Below are positions 12,519-21,947 of a stretch of DNA of 32,000 bases, piece by piece. Position 1 is the stretch's first letter. Every line of letters begins with the position of its first letter. The position numbers and the translations under genes are program-made. The DNA is from Thermosulfurimonas dismutans. Its GTDB lineage: Bacteria; Desulfobacterota; Thermodesulfobacteria; Thermodesulfobacteriales; Thermodesulfobacteriaceae. The notes under the pieces were generated by a model. That model made no database searches and was not told where the DNA came from. It worked only from the letters and a program-made list of their open reading frames with translations. The stretch spans positions 83,464 through 115,463 of the forward strand of contig NZ_LWLG01000004.1 in assembly GCF_001652585.1 (NCBI RefSeq), in the 5' to 3' direction.

Positions 12519-13796
12519 ATGCATTATTTTGAATATCATCATGGAGAACTCTTGGCCGAAAAGGTACCTGTCAAAAAGATCGTGGAAGAAGTGGGAACCC
12601 CGGTCTACATATACTCCGCAGCCACTCTGAGGCGCCATTTGCAGGTTTTCTCAGAGGCCTTTTCCGACATTCCGCATCTCATCTGCTATTCAGTCAAAGC
12701 CAACTCCAACCTGGCCATTCTCAAACTACTGGGAAAACTGGGGGCGGGAGCGGATATCGTTTCCGGTGGCGAACTCTACCGGGCTTTAAAGGCCGGTATC
12801 CCTCCCGAAAAGATCGTCTTTTCCGGAGTGGGTAAGACCGAACGCGAAATGGAGGAAGCCCTTTCGGCCGGCATCCTCATGTTCAATGTAGAGAGCCTAG
12901 GGGAACTAGAGGCCTTACGTCGCGTGGCCCAAAAAATAGGAAAGCCCGCCCCTTTCAGCATCCGGGTAAATCCCAACGTAGACCCCAAGACCCATCCTTA
13001 CATCTCAACCGGTCTAAAAAAGAACAAGTTTGGGTTGCCGGAGGAAGTAGCCTTCGAGGCCTATCGAAAGGCTAAAGATGATCCTTTCCTCCACCCGCTG
13101 GGCATAGACTGTCACATCGGCTCTCAGCTCACCGAGATCTCTCCTTTTACCGAGGCCCTAAGACGTCTCAAGGAGCTCTATCAGAGGCTCCTTGCCGAGG
13201 GCTTTGAGCTCCGCTACTTGGATCTCGGAGGAGGGTTAGGGATTGTCTATGGAAACGAAGAACCGCCCCCCCCGGCTGAATACGCCGAAGCCCTGAAGCA
13301 AGAGCTCCGGGACCTCTCCTGTACCCTCATTCTTGAACCCGGACGGGTAATCGCCGGAAACGCCGGCATACTCGTAACCAGGGTACTTTATGTCAAAAGC
13401 AATCCTCCCTCGCCCGGTGAAAAGGAAGGTAAAAACTTCGTGATTGTAGATGCCGGCATGAACGATCTCATCCGCCCGGCCTTTTATCAGGCCTATCATC
13501 GCATCCTTCCTGTACGAGAGATTTCCGGAGAAGAAACGATAGTGGCCGATGTGGTGGGGCCTATCTGTGAAAGTGGAGACTTCCTGGCCAAAGAAAGGAC
13601 CCTACCGCCGATATCTCCTGGAGACTTGCTGGCCGTCTTCAGCGCCGGGGCCTACGGCTTTGTCATGTCCTCTAACTACAACTCGAGGCCTCGAGCCGCG
13701 GAAGTCCTGGTGGACGGCGAGCGTTTCTTTGTGGTAAGAAAAAGGGAAACCTACGAAGATCTAGTGCGTCTGGAAACCATACCGGAGGAGGTCTAG
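12519..13796 (+). CDS. lysA: Diaminopimelate decarboxylase
   Basis: CYSVKANSNLAIL (PLP Lys), GGGLGI, EPGR, PICESGD. Confidence 0.95.
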   Translation: MHYFEYHHGELLAEKVPVKKIVEEVGTPVYIYSAATLRRHLQVFSEAFSDIPHLICYSVKANSNLAILKLLGKLGAGADIVSGGELYRALKAGIPPEKIVFSGVGKTEREMEEALSAGILMFNVESLGELEALRRVAQKIGKPAPFSIRVNPNVDPKTHPYISTGLKKNKFGLPEEVAFEAYRKAKDDPFLHPLGIDCHIGSQLTEISPFTEALRRLKELYQRLLAEGFELRYLDLGGGLGIVYGNEEPPPPAEYAEALKQELRDLSCTLILEPGRVIAGNAGILVTRVLYVKSNPPSPGEKEGKNFVIVDAGMNDLIRPAFYQAYHRILPVREISGEETIVADVVGPICESGDFLAKERTLPPISPGDLLAVFSAGAYGFVMSSNYNSRPRAAEVLVDGERFFVVRKRETYEDLVRLETIPEEV

Positions 13797-13798
13797 AG

Positions 13799-15532
13799 AT
13801 GAAGATCTTGGTGATCGGAGGAGGCGGGCGGGAACACGCCCTTTCCTGGAAACTGGCCCAGAGTCCCCAGGTGGAACGGGTTTTCTGTGCCCCGGGAAAC
13901 GCCGGGATCGCCGAGGAGGAAAAGTGCGAATGTGTTCCTCTTTCTCCTCTTGATTTTGAAGCCCTGGCTCAATTCGCCCGAGAAAAAGGGGTTGATCTCA
14001 CGGTGGTGGGCCCGGAGGATCCGCTGGCCCGGGGGCTTGCGGATTATTTTCGAGAGAAGGGGCTTCGCGTCTTTGGGCCCTCGGCCAAGGCCGCCCAGAT
14101 AGAAGCCAGCAAAGTCTTCACCAAAGAGCTATTAGCCCGTTATGGTATTCCCACCGCAGCCTTTGAAGTCTTTGACGATCCAGAAGCGGCCAAACGCTAT
14201 GTAGAAAAGAAAGGAGCCCCCATCGTCGTCAAGGCCGATGGCCTTTGCGCCGGGAAAGGGGTGGTAGTCTGTCGTACGGTGGAAGAAGCCTTGCAAGCCA
14301 TCGACCGTATCATGGTAGAAAAGGTGTTCGGTGAGGCTGGCAAACGGGTAATCATCGAAGAGTGTCTCTTCGGAGAGGAAGCCTCTTTCATGGTCATTAC
14401 GGATGGAGAAACCGTGCTTCCGTTGCCAACCTCTCAAGACCACAAACCCCTTCTCGATGGAGATCAAGGGCCCAATACCGGAGGCATGGGGGCTTATTCT
14501 CCAGCTCCGGTAGTAACGCCTGAGCTTGCCGAAACTATCATGGAAACCATCATGCGCCCAACCATCGAAGCCCTGGCCAAGGAAGGCGCTCCTTACTTCG
14601 GGGTCCTTTATGGTGGACTCATGATAAGTGAGGGGAAGCCCTACGTGTTAGAGTTTAACTGCCGTTTCGGGGACCCCGAGGCCCAGCCGGTGCTCATGCG
14701 TCTGGAGTCCGACCTCGTGGAACTAATGGAAGCGGCGTTTTCCGGCAAACTTTCCGAAATCGAGATTCGGCTTCGCCCGGAGGCCGCGGTCTGCGTGGTG
14801 ATGGCTAGCCAGGGGTATCCCGGAAAGTACGAAAAAGGCAAGGTGATTACAGGCCTTGAAGAGGCCGCTCAAATGACGGGGGTTAAGGTCTTTCACGCCG
14901 GAACGGCCAAAAAGGACGGCAAGATTGTCACTGCTGGAGGACGGGTCCTAGGGGTCACAGCCATTGCGCCGGATATTCCTTCCGCTATCAAACGAGCCTA
15001 TGAGGCCGTAGAAAAGATCCATTTCGAGGGCGCCCATTTCCGTCGAGACATTGGCTCCAAGGCCCTAAGGCATTTAAAAAGACCCCTAGTAGGCATTTTG
15101 GTTGGTAGCAAGAGTGATCTGCCGGCGGTGGAAAAGGCCCAAAAGGTGTTGGAGGAGTTCGGCGTACCTTATGAGGTAGAGGTGGCTTCCGCCCACCGGA
15201 GCCCGGAAAAGGTGAGACGTTATGCCGAAACCGCTGAGGAAAGAGGACTCAAGATCATCATCGCCGGCGCCGGACTTGCGGCCCATCTTCCCGGAGTAGT
15301 GGCCGCGCACACCACTCTTCCAGTAATCGGCGTGCCGGTAGCAGCCGGCCCTCTCAACGGTATGGACGCCCTTCTTTCCATCGTGCAGATGCCGAAGGGG
15401 GTCCCGGTGGCTACCGTGGGTATCGGCAACATGGAAAACGCTGCTCTCTTGGCCGTTACCATTCTCTCGCTCTCGGACGAAAAACTGAGAGCCAAGCTCA
15501 AGGACTACCGGAAGGCCCTGGCCTCGGCATGA
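13799..15532 (+). CDS. purD-purE: Fusion protein: phosphoribosylamine-glycine ligase (PurD) plus class I PurE (N5-CAIR mutase)
   Basis: Residues 1 to about 425 are a full PurD (MKILVIGGGGREHAL...HFRRDIG). The last 150 or so residues are VGILVGSKSDLPAV...SAHRSPEKV...AGAGLAAHLPGVVAAHTTLPVIGVPV, the PurE signature. Single uninterrupted 577-aa ORF. Confidence 0.9.
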   Translation: MKILVIGGGGREHALSWKLAQSPQVERVFCAPGNAGIAEEEKCECVPLSPLDFEALAQFAREKGVDLTVVGPEDPLARGLADYFREKGLRVFGPSAKAAQIEASKVFTKELLARYGIPTAAFEVFDDPEAAKRYVEKKGAPIVVKADGLCAGKGVVVCRTVEEALQAIDRIMVEKVFGEAGKRVIIEECLFGEEASFMVITDGETVLPLPTSQDHKPLLDGDQGPNTGGMGAYSPAPVVTPELAETIMETIMRPTIEALAKEGAPYFGVLYGGLMISEGKPYVLEFNCRFGDPEAQPVLMRLESDLVELMEAAFSGKLSEIEIRLRPEAAVCVVMASQGYPGKYEKGKVITGLEEAAQMTGVKVFHAGTAKKDGKIVTAGGRVLGVTAIAPDIPSAIKRAYEAVEKIHFEGAHFRRDIGSKALRHLKRPLVGILVGSKSDLPAVEKAQKVLEEFGVPYEVEVASAHRSPEKVRRYAETAEERGLKIIIAGAGLAAHLPGVVAAHTTLPVIGVPVAAGPLNGMDALLSIVQMPKGVPVATVGIGNMENAALLAVTILSLSDEKLRAKLKDYRKALASA

Positions 15533-16137
15533 AGCGCACAATCAAGGCTGAAAGTCCAGAAGCCTTGGACGAGGCCGTAAAGATACTTTCTTCGGGTGGG
15601 GTGGTGGCTTTCCCCACGGAAACTTTTTACGGCCTGGCTGTGGATCCCTTTTCGGAGTCGGCGGTGAAGCGGCTCTACGCCCTTAAAAAGCGCGAGCCAG
15701 GGAAACCGGTAATCCTTCTCATTGGGGATCTCGAAGACTTGAAGCAACTTGTGACCGAAATCCCGAAGATAGCCCAAGAACTGGCGGCCCGCTTCTGGCC
15801 TGGCCCCCTTACCCTGGTCTTTCGAGCCCGGCCGGAAGTCCCGCCATGGATCACCGGAGGAACGGAAACGATAGCCGTAAGGCTTTCCTCTCATCCGGTG
15901 GCCCGGAAATTACCACAACTTTTTGGGAAACCGATCACGGGCACCAGCGCCAATCCCTCGGGCCAGCCTCCGGCCCGCACCGCTGAAGAAGTCGAAGGAT
16001 ACTTCCCGAGAATAGATCTCGTCCTCGATGGGGGCCCAAGCCCGGGGGAAAGGCCCTCCACCCTGGTCTCGGTGGTCGAAGGCAAGCCTGTGCTTTTGCG
16101 CCCGGGGGTTATTCCCTGGGAAGAAGTGGTAAAATAG
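15529..16137 (+). CDS. tsaC: L-threonylcarbamoyladenylate synthase (YrdC/TsaC type)
   Basis: GGVVAFPTETFYGLAVDP, KKREPGKPVILLI, TGTSANPSG. Confidence 0.85.
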   Translation: MKRTIKAESPEALDEAVKILSSGGVVAFPTETFYGLAVDPFSESAVKRLYALKKREPGKPVILLIGDLEDLKQLVTEIPKIAQELAARFWPGPLTLVFRARPEVPPWITGGTETIAVRLSSHPVARKLPQLFGKPITGTSANPSGQPPARTAEEVEGYFPRIDLVLDGGPSPGERPSTLVSVVEGKPVLLRPGVIPWEEVVK

Positions 16138-16141
16138 AGCC

Positions 16142-16897
16142 ATGAAGATCGCCTTCTGCGGCAAAGGTGGCGTAGGGAAAAGTACCATTGCGGCCCTGCT
16201 CTGCGGGGCGTTGCTAGAATCTGGCTACGGAGTGCTCGCCATCGATGCCGACCCTAGCCCACACTTAGGCCGCCTTTTAGGGTTCGCCGAGGCCGAAAGC
16301 CTTACGCCTCTAGCGGAAATGCGAGATTTGCTTGCTGAACGTGCGGAAAAACAGGGGCCTTATTACAACTTGAACCCCAAGATTGACGATTTACCCGAAA
16401 AATTTATGCTCAAAAAAGACGGGCTCCGGCTCATGGTCCTCGGGGCCATTCGGGAGGCCGGCGGCGGATGCGCCTGCCCGGAGCAAACCGTCCTTAGACG
16501 TCTACTTTCCTTCCTCATCCTTCAGGCCAAGGAGGCGGTGGTAGTGGACATGGAAGCCGGAGTGGAACACTTCGGACGGGCTACCGTAGTCCCTATGGAC
16601 TTCATACTGGTGGTCGCGCAACCTTACCGAGGAAGTCTTGAGACCGCCAAACAGATCCTCAGGCTCTCCCAGGAACTTAAAATGGAAAGGGTGGTCGTAG
16701 TGGGAAACGCCGTAAGGGATACCGAAGACGAGGCCTTCATTCAGGAAACTCTAGGGGTTGAACCCTTAGTGTCTTTTCCGGAAGATCGGGAGGTACTCCT
16801 TGCCGAGCGGAAAGGCAAAAGTCTTCTGGAGCTTCCCGGACCATCCCGGGAGAAGGCCCGGGAACTGGTAAAGAAGCTTTCGAGCTATGGAACTTAA
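16142..16897 (+). CDS. CooC/MinD-family metal-insertion ATPase
   Basis: Deviant Walker A is CGKGGVGKST. GGGCACPE is the CxC metal-binding motif of CooC-type Ni chaperones. Confidence 0.75.
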   Translation: MKIAFCGKGGVGKSTIAALLCGALLESGYGVLAIDADPSPHLGRLLGFAEAESLTPLAEMRDLLAERAEKQGPYYNLNPKIDDLPEKFMLKKDGLRLMVLGAIREAGGGCACPEQTVLRRLLSFLILQAKEAVVVDMEAGVEHFGRATVVPMDFILVVAQPYRGSLETAKQILRLSQELKMERVVVVGNAVRDTEDEAFIQETLGVEPLVSFPEDREVLLAERKGKSLLELPGPSREKARELVKKLSSYGT

Positions 16898-17666
16898 AGA
16901 CGTCCAGAGTCTTTACGATCCTCGCGAAATTTCTATCGATAAGGTCGGTATAAAAGGCATCCGTTATCCGGTCTCGGTACTAGACAAACGCCGCGGAGTG
17001 CAACACACCGTGGCCGAAATCAACATGTACGTAGATCTTCCCCGGGAATTCAAAGGCACACACATGAGCCGTTTCATCGAAATCCTAAATGAATTCCGGG
17101 AGGAGATCTACATCAAGAACATCCCCTTTATCCTAGATCGCATGCGGGAAAAGCTCTCCGCTAAAGTGGCTCATTTAGAGATCTCGTTTCCTTATTTTCT
17201 CAAAAAAGAAGCCCCGGTAACCCAGGCTCCTTCTCTCATGGAGTATCAGTGTTTTATCTCCGGGGCCAAAAGCGAAGAAGAACTCGATATCGTGTTGGGG
17301 GTTAGGGTACCGGTTATGACGGTCTGCCCCTGTTCACAGGCTATAAGTGAAATCGGAGCCCACAATCAACGAGGGGAAGTGACCCTAAAGGTGAGGTTCA
17401 AACGATTCGTTTGGCTCGAAGAGCTCATCGAAATCGTGGAGGCCTCGGCCTCAAGCCCGGTCTATCCCTTACTCAAAAGACCGGATGAAAAATACGTTAC
17501 GGAATGGGCCCACCAGCGACCTCGCTTTGTGGAGGATGTGGTAAGAGAAGTAGGCCGAAGGTTACTTGACCATCCAGACATCATCTGGTTTGCCGTCTCC
17601 GCCGAAAATCTGGAATCCATCCACGCTCACAACGCCTACGCCTACCTTGAACGTTGGAAAGACTAA
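16887..17666 (+). CDS. folE2: GTP cyclohydrolase FolE2/MptA family (type IB)
   Basis: VGIKGIRYPV, NMYVDLPREFKGTHMSRF, VCPCS, HNQRG. Confidence 0.9.
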   Translation: MELKDVQSLYDPREISIDKVGIKGIRYPVSVLDKRRGVQHTVAEINMYVDLPREFKGTHMSRFIEILNEFREEIYIKNIPFILDRMREKLSAKVAHLEISFPYFLKKEAPVTQAPSLMEYQCFISGAKSEEELDIVLGVRVPVMTVCPCSQAISEIGAHNQRGEVTLKVRFKRFVWLEELIEIVEASASSPVYPLLKRPDEKYVTEWAHQRPRFVEDVVREVGRRLLDHPDIIWFAVSAENLESIHAHNAYAYLERWKD

Positions 17667-17669
17667 GAT

Positions 17670-17870
17670 CTATTCCTCCTCCATCTCAATTTCTGCATAA
17701 GAATAGCCACAATCGTAACATTTGACATCTAAAACTTTTCCAAGAAGGGCCACATATATTTCTTTGGCCCCGCATTCGGGACATTTTTCCTCCAGTCCCT
17801 CCTCTTCTACCGCGGCTTTGATATCCTCGCGCAAGTCTTCCGGTATCTCAGGATCAAAGATGATCTTCAC
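17670..17870 (-). CDS. Small zinc-ribbon protein (66 aa, GTG start)
   Basis: CPECG...CYDCG double knuckle. A GGGAGGG Shine-Dalgarno lies 6 nt before GTG 17870. The longer 121-aa track ORF would overlap tlyA extensively. Confidence 0.5.
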   Translation of the reverse strand: MKIIFDPEIPEDLREDIKAAVEEEGLEEKCPECGAKEIYVALLGKVLDVKCYDCGYSYAEIEMEEE

Positions 17871-18669
17871 CGCTTCCCTCCCTTTCCGTGCCGTTCTCCT
17901 GGCAAAATAACAAGGTCTCCCGTGATTGTAAAGGCAAAAATCGAAAAAGAATAAAAAATTCTCGGTTACCAGCCGGACCTGGAAGGGGGCTTTCGGCCAC
18001 TCCCAGAGCTCGAAATCCAAGCTCGTCTTCACCAAAGGCCCATATCTCCTCCATCACCCGTCGGTGTTTACGGTGATCCTTGACTACCCCCTTGCGACCG
18101 ACCTCCCTAGGGCCAACTTCGAATTGAGGCTTGATGAGAGCCAATATCAGGCCCTCGGGTCTCAAAAGAGATTTGGCCGCAGGAAGGATCTTCTTTAATG
18201 AAATGAAAGAGACATCAATCGTCACGAGAGCCACCCTTTCAGGAAGATCCTCAGCTTTGAGATAGCGGGCATTCACCCCCTCCATGACCACCACCCGGGG
18301 GTCTTGTCTCAATTTCTCATGAAGCTGGCCTTTGCCCACATCGATGGCATAAACCCTCCGGGCCCCGTGTTTTAGAAGGCAGTCCGTAAAACCACCGGTT
18401 GAGGCTCCTATATCCGCACACACCAGGCCTTCGACTTTGAGATCAAAAACCTTGAGGGCCCCCTCGAGTTTAAGTCCACCTCGAGAAACATAGGGGAGCC
18501 CTGACCCTCGGATCTCAATCTGTGAAGCCACCGACACCCGGGTACCGGCCTTCTCCATCCGCTGGCCATCTACATAAACCACTCCAGACATAATGAGGGC
18601 CTGGGCCTTCTCCCGACTTTCAACCAGACCTTTTTGGACTAGAAGCCGATCGAGTCTTTCCTTCTCCAT
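17854..18669 (-). CDS. tlyA: TlyA-family rRNA 2'-O-methyltransferase (S4 domain plus FtsJ fold)
   Basis: RLDRLLVQKGLVESREKAQALI (S4 domain), DIGASTGGFTDCLL (SAM motif), DVSFISL. Confidence 0.9.
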   Translation of the reverse strand: MEKERLDRLLVQKGLVESREKAQALIMSGVVYVDGQRMEKAGTRVSVASQIEIRGSGLPYVSRGGLKLEGALKVFDLKVEGLVCADIGASTGGFTDCLLKHGARRVYAIDVGKGQLHEKLRQDPRVVVMEGVNARYLKAEDLPERVALVTIDVSFISLKKILPAAKSLLRPEGLILALIKPQFEVGPREVGRKGVVKDHRKHRRVMEEIWAFGEDELGFRALGVAESPLPGPAGNREFFILFRFLPLQSRETLLFCQENGTEREGSGEDHL

Positions 18670-18671
18670 AA

Positions 18672-18700
18672 TTGACTTTCATCATTCTACCCCATATCCT
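18672..18700 (+). promoter_or_regulatory. Candidate promoter for nadD: TTGACT, 17-nt spacer, TATCCT
   Basis: Read directly in the tlyA/nadD divergent gap. It is followed by AAAAGGAG and ATG 18722. Confidence 0.35.
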
Positions 18701-18721
18701 TTGGGAAAAGGAGCGGAACTC

Positions 18722-19354
18722 ATGAAAATAGGAATTTTCGGCGGGACCTTCGACCCCATCCACATAGCCCATCTGCGGGTAGCGGAAGAGGTAAGGGAGG
18801 GTCTTGGTCTTTCCGAAGTTTGGTTCATTCCAGCGGGGACCCCACCTCACAAAAGAAACGCCCCTCACCTCCCTTTTAAAGAACGCCTAAAACTGGTTGA
18901 GCTTGCGATCGAGGGAAATCCGGCCTTTCGGGTCCTGGATATTGAAGGCCGTAGGCAGGGCCCTTCCTACACCGTGGACACCTTGACCGAGCTCCGCAAG
19001 TCTCATCTTCAATACGAATTCTACTTCATTCTGGGGCTAGACGCCTTCCTTGAATTCGAGACCTGGCACGAGTATCACCGACTTCCGGAACTGGCGGCCC
19101 TGGTAGTCATCAACCGAGGCCCCCTAGGCGTTAAATCCGCTGTCAATAAGGCTAGACAACTTTTCCCGACTTTCGAGTTCCGAAGAGATCGTCTTTTGGG
19201 TCCTAAAAATCAAAAGATCCTCTTTTTACAAGTAACGCCCTTGGAAATTTCCTCTACTCTCATACGTCAGAGTCTTTGGGCCGGTCGTTCCATCCGATAC
19301 TTGGTTCCGGAGAGCGTCCGCCTATACATTGAGAAACACCGTCTTTACCTTTAA
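18722..19354 (+). CDS. nadD: Nicotinate-nucleotide adenylyltransferase
   Basis: IGIFGGTFDPIHIAHL and ISSTLIR motifs. Internal Met of the track ORF chosen as the start. Confidence 0.9.
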   Translation: MKIGIFGGTFDPIHIAHLRVAEEVREGLGLSEVWFIPAGTPPHKRNAPHLPFKERLKLVELAIEGNPAFRVLDIEGRRQGPSYTVDTLTELRKSHLQYEFYFILGLDAFLEFETWHEYHRLPELAALVVINRGPLGVKSAVNKARQLFPTFEFRRDRLLGPKNQKILFLQVTPLEISSTLIRQSLWAGRSIRYLVPESVRLYIEKHRLYL

Positions 19355-19361
19355 AGTTTTA

Positions 19362-21947
19362 ATGGCCATGCAGAAACTCACCCCCATGTTCCGACAGTAC
19401 TTTGAGATCAAACGCCGCTATCCGCACTGTATTCTCTTTTTCCGTCTGGGTGATTTTTACGAGATGTTCTTTGAGGATGCGGAGAAGGCCGCCGGCATCC
19501 TCAACATCGCCCTTACTTCACGGGAGGCCGGAGGGGGCAAACGGGTGCCCATGTGCGGGGTACCGGTGTCAAACGCGGCCCCTTATATCCGGAAATTAGT
19601 CGAGGCCGGCCACCGGGTGGCCATCTGTGAACAGGTGGAAGATCCTCGAGAAGCCAAAGGTTTGGTAAAACGGGAAGTCATCCGGGTCGTCACTCCCGGG
19701 CTTTTCGTGGATCTCGAAGGTCTCTCCGAAAAGGAAAGCCATTATCTCTGCGCCCTCTCGCAAGGAAAACGCTTTGGTCTTTCGGTACTTGATCTTTCCA
19801 CCGGAGACTTCCGTGTAACCGCCCTTGAAGACGAAAACGAGCTCCTAAACGAGATATTCCGGCTCGAACCGCGAGAACTTCTCTTACCGGAAGAAAAGGA
19901 GGAAGCCCTTACTAAAAAGCTCAAAGAGGTCCTCCCCCGCCTTCATCTTACAAGGGTGGCTCCGGAATGGTTCTCAGAAAAGAGGGGGCGAGAGCTCATT
20001 TCTGAACTCTTCGGGGTGGCGGATCCCGCCGGTTTCGGACTCTCGGAAATACCGGAGGCCCTTCCGGCCGTGGCCGCCATCATAGAGTACCTGCGCGAAA
20101 ACGAAAAAGAGGCCCTGAACCGTCTCTCCTCTCCGAAGCCCTATTTTTTGGGAAACTACCTCATTCTCGACGAGCCCACCAAACGCAATCTCGAACTCGT
20201 CCGCAACCAGTTCGATGGTACCGGGCGTTTCACCCTCCTCTGGGTCCTTGACCACACCAAAACCCCCATGGGAGGAAGGACGTTAAGACACTGGATCTTA
20301 TATCCCCTTCGCGATCTTTCCGCCATCCGGGAAAGACAGGAAGCCGTACGGTACTTGCTCGAAAATCCAGACCTACGGGGGGCCTTAAGCCGAGCCCTCT
20401 CCCGGGTCACAGATATGGAAAGGCTTACTACCCGATGCACCCTGAAGCTTTCCGGTCCCAGAGACCTGGTAGCCCTGCGTCAAGCCCTATCGGTGATCCC
20501 GGAGATCAAAGAATACCTTACTGGAACAGAGGGCTTACTTTTTAGCATTAGGGAAAGACTCGGAGACTTTTCCACCCTTTACGAAAAACTAGTCCGCATC
20601 CTGTTAGAAGAGGTTCCGGCCAGCCCCAAGGAAGGGGGACTCGTTCGCCCGGGAGTCCATGTCGAGCTTGATGAACTTAGGGATCTCAAAGAAAATGCCC
20701 TCAAGTACCTTGCGGAACTCGAGGCCAGGGAACGCCAACGCACCGGGATTCCTAATCTCCGTCTAGGCTACAATCGGGTCTTCGGCTACTACATTGAGGT
20801 CACCAAAAGCTATTTGGACCGTATTCCTAAGGATTATCTACGCAAGCAGACTCTGACCAACGCCGAGCGTTTCATCACCCCGGAGCTCAAGGAATTTGAG
20901 GCCAAGGTCCTTTCAGCCGATGAGCGGATAAAGGAATTAGAATACGAAATCTTTCTCGAACTGCGGGAGGCGGTAGCTGAGGAGGCCGAGGCCCTGCGGC
21001 AGGCCGGAAGGGCTTTGGGGGAGCTCGATGCCCTGTTGTCGCTGGCCGAGGTAGCCGAGAAAAACGACTACGTGCGCCCGGAAATCACCGAGACCCCCGG
21101 GATAGAAATCATAGAAGGTCGACATCCGGTGCTGGAAAAGGTCCTTCCGGTTGGCAACTTCGTGCCGAACACCGTCAGGCTCGATCCCGAAGAAGCGCGG
21201 CTTCTCATCATCACCGGGCCGAACATGGCCGGAAAGTCAACGATTTTGAGGCAGACCGCCCTCATCGTACTCATGGCCCACCTGGGAAGTTTCGTGCCGG
21301 CGGAGTCCGCCCGCATCGGACTCTGCGACCGGATTTTCAGCCGAGTAGGGGCCTCGGATGAACTCTCGCGCGGTCGTTCCACCTTCATGGTGGAAATGGC
21401 GGAATGTGCCAACATCCTCAATAACGCCACCGAGAGAAGCCTCGTGATCCTAGATGAGATCGGCCGAGGAACCAGCACTTACGACGGTCTGGCCATCGCC
21501 TGGGCGGTAGCGGAATACCTCCACCGCAAGAAGGCCCTCACCCTCTTTGCCACCCATTATCACGAGCTTACAGAACTTGCGAGAGAACTCCCGGCGGTCA
21601 AAAACTACAACGTGGCGGTCAAAGAGTGGGGCGAGGAGGTGGTCTTCCTCTATCGGCTACAGCCCGGGCCCGCCAGTGAGTCCTACGGGATCCAAGTGGC
21701 GGCACTCGCAGGTCTGCCACGGGAAGTCATCGAGAGGGCCCGCGAGATCTTAGAAGATCTCGAAGCCAAGGGAAACCTTCATCAAGTGAGAAAACCCAAA
21801 GAAAGCCCGAAACAACTTCCCCTCTTCGATCCCTATCTCCCCTTAAAAGAAAAACTCCTGGCCCTAAATCCCGAGGAAATCACTCCCCGTGAGGCCCTAA
21901 ACTTGGTTTTCGAATTACGGGACTTTCTTGTAAAATCAGGACTATGA
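19362..21947 (+). CDS. mutS: DNA mismatch repair protein MutS
   Basis: TPMFRQYFEIK, GPNMAGKST, STFMVEM, DEIGRGTSTYDG. Confidence 0.95.
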   Translation: MAMQKLTPMFRQYFEIKRRYPHCILFFRLGDFYEMFFEDAEKAAGILNIALTSREAGGGKRVPMCGVPVSNAAPYIRKLVEAGHRVAICEQVEDPREAKGLVKREVIRVVTPGLFVDLEGLSEKESHYLCALSQGKRFGLSVLDLSTGDFRVTALEDENELLNEIFRLEPRELLLPEEKEEALTKKLKEVLPRLHLTRVAPEWFSEKRGRELISELFGVADPAGFGLSEIPEALPAVAAIIEYLRENEKEALNRLSSPKPYFLGNYLILDEPTKRNLELVRNQFDGTGRFTLLWVLDHTKTPMGGRTLRHWILYPLRDLSAIRERQEAVRYLLENPDLRGALSRALSRVTDMERLTTRCTLKLSGPRDLVALRQALSVIPEIKEYLTGTEGLLFSIRERLGDFSTLYEKLVRILLEEVPASPKEGGLVRPGVHVELDELRDLKENALKYLAELEARERQRTGIPNLRLGYNRVFGYYIEVTKSYLDRIPKDYLRKQTLTNAERFITPELKEFEAKVLSADERIKELEYEIFLELREAVAEEAEALRQAGRALGELDALLSLAEVAEKNDYVRPEITETPGIEIIEGRHPVLEKVLPVGNFVPNTVRLDPEEARLLIITGPNMAGKSTILRQTALIVLMAHLGSFVPAESARIGLCDRIFSRVGASDELSRGRSTFMVEMAECANILNNATERSLVILDEIGRGTSTYDGLAIAWAVAEYLHRKKALTLFATHYHELTELARELPAVKNYNVAVKEWGEEVVFLYRLQPGPASESYGIQVAALAGLPREVIERAREILEDLEAKGNLHQVRKPKESPKQLPLFDPYLPLKEKLLALNPEEITPREALNLVFELRDFLVKSGL

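Noticed and set aside
17670-18035. Full-length 121-aa version of the zinc-ribbon ORF
   Set aside because: Its N-terminal 55 residues would overlap about 180 nt of tlyA in another frame. An internal GTG with a GGGAGGG Shine-Dalgarno gives a compact 66-aa protein.
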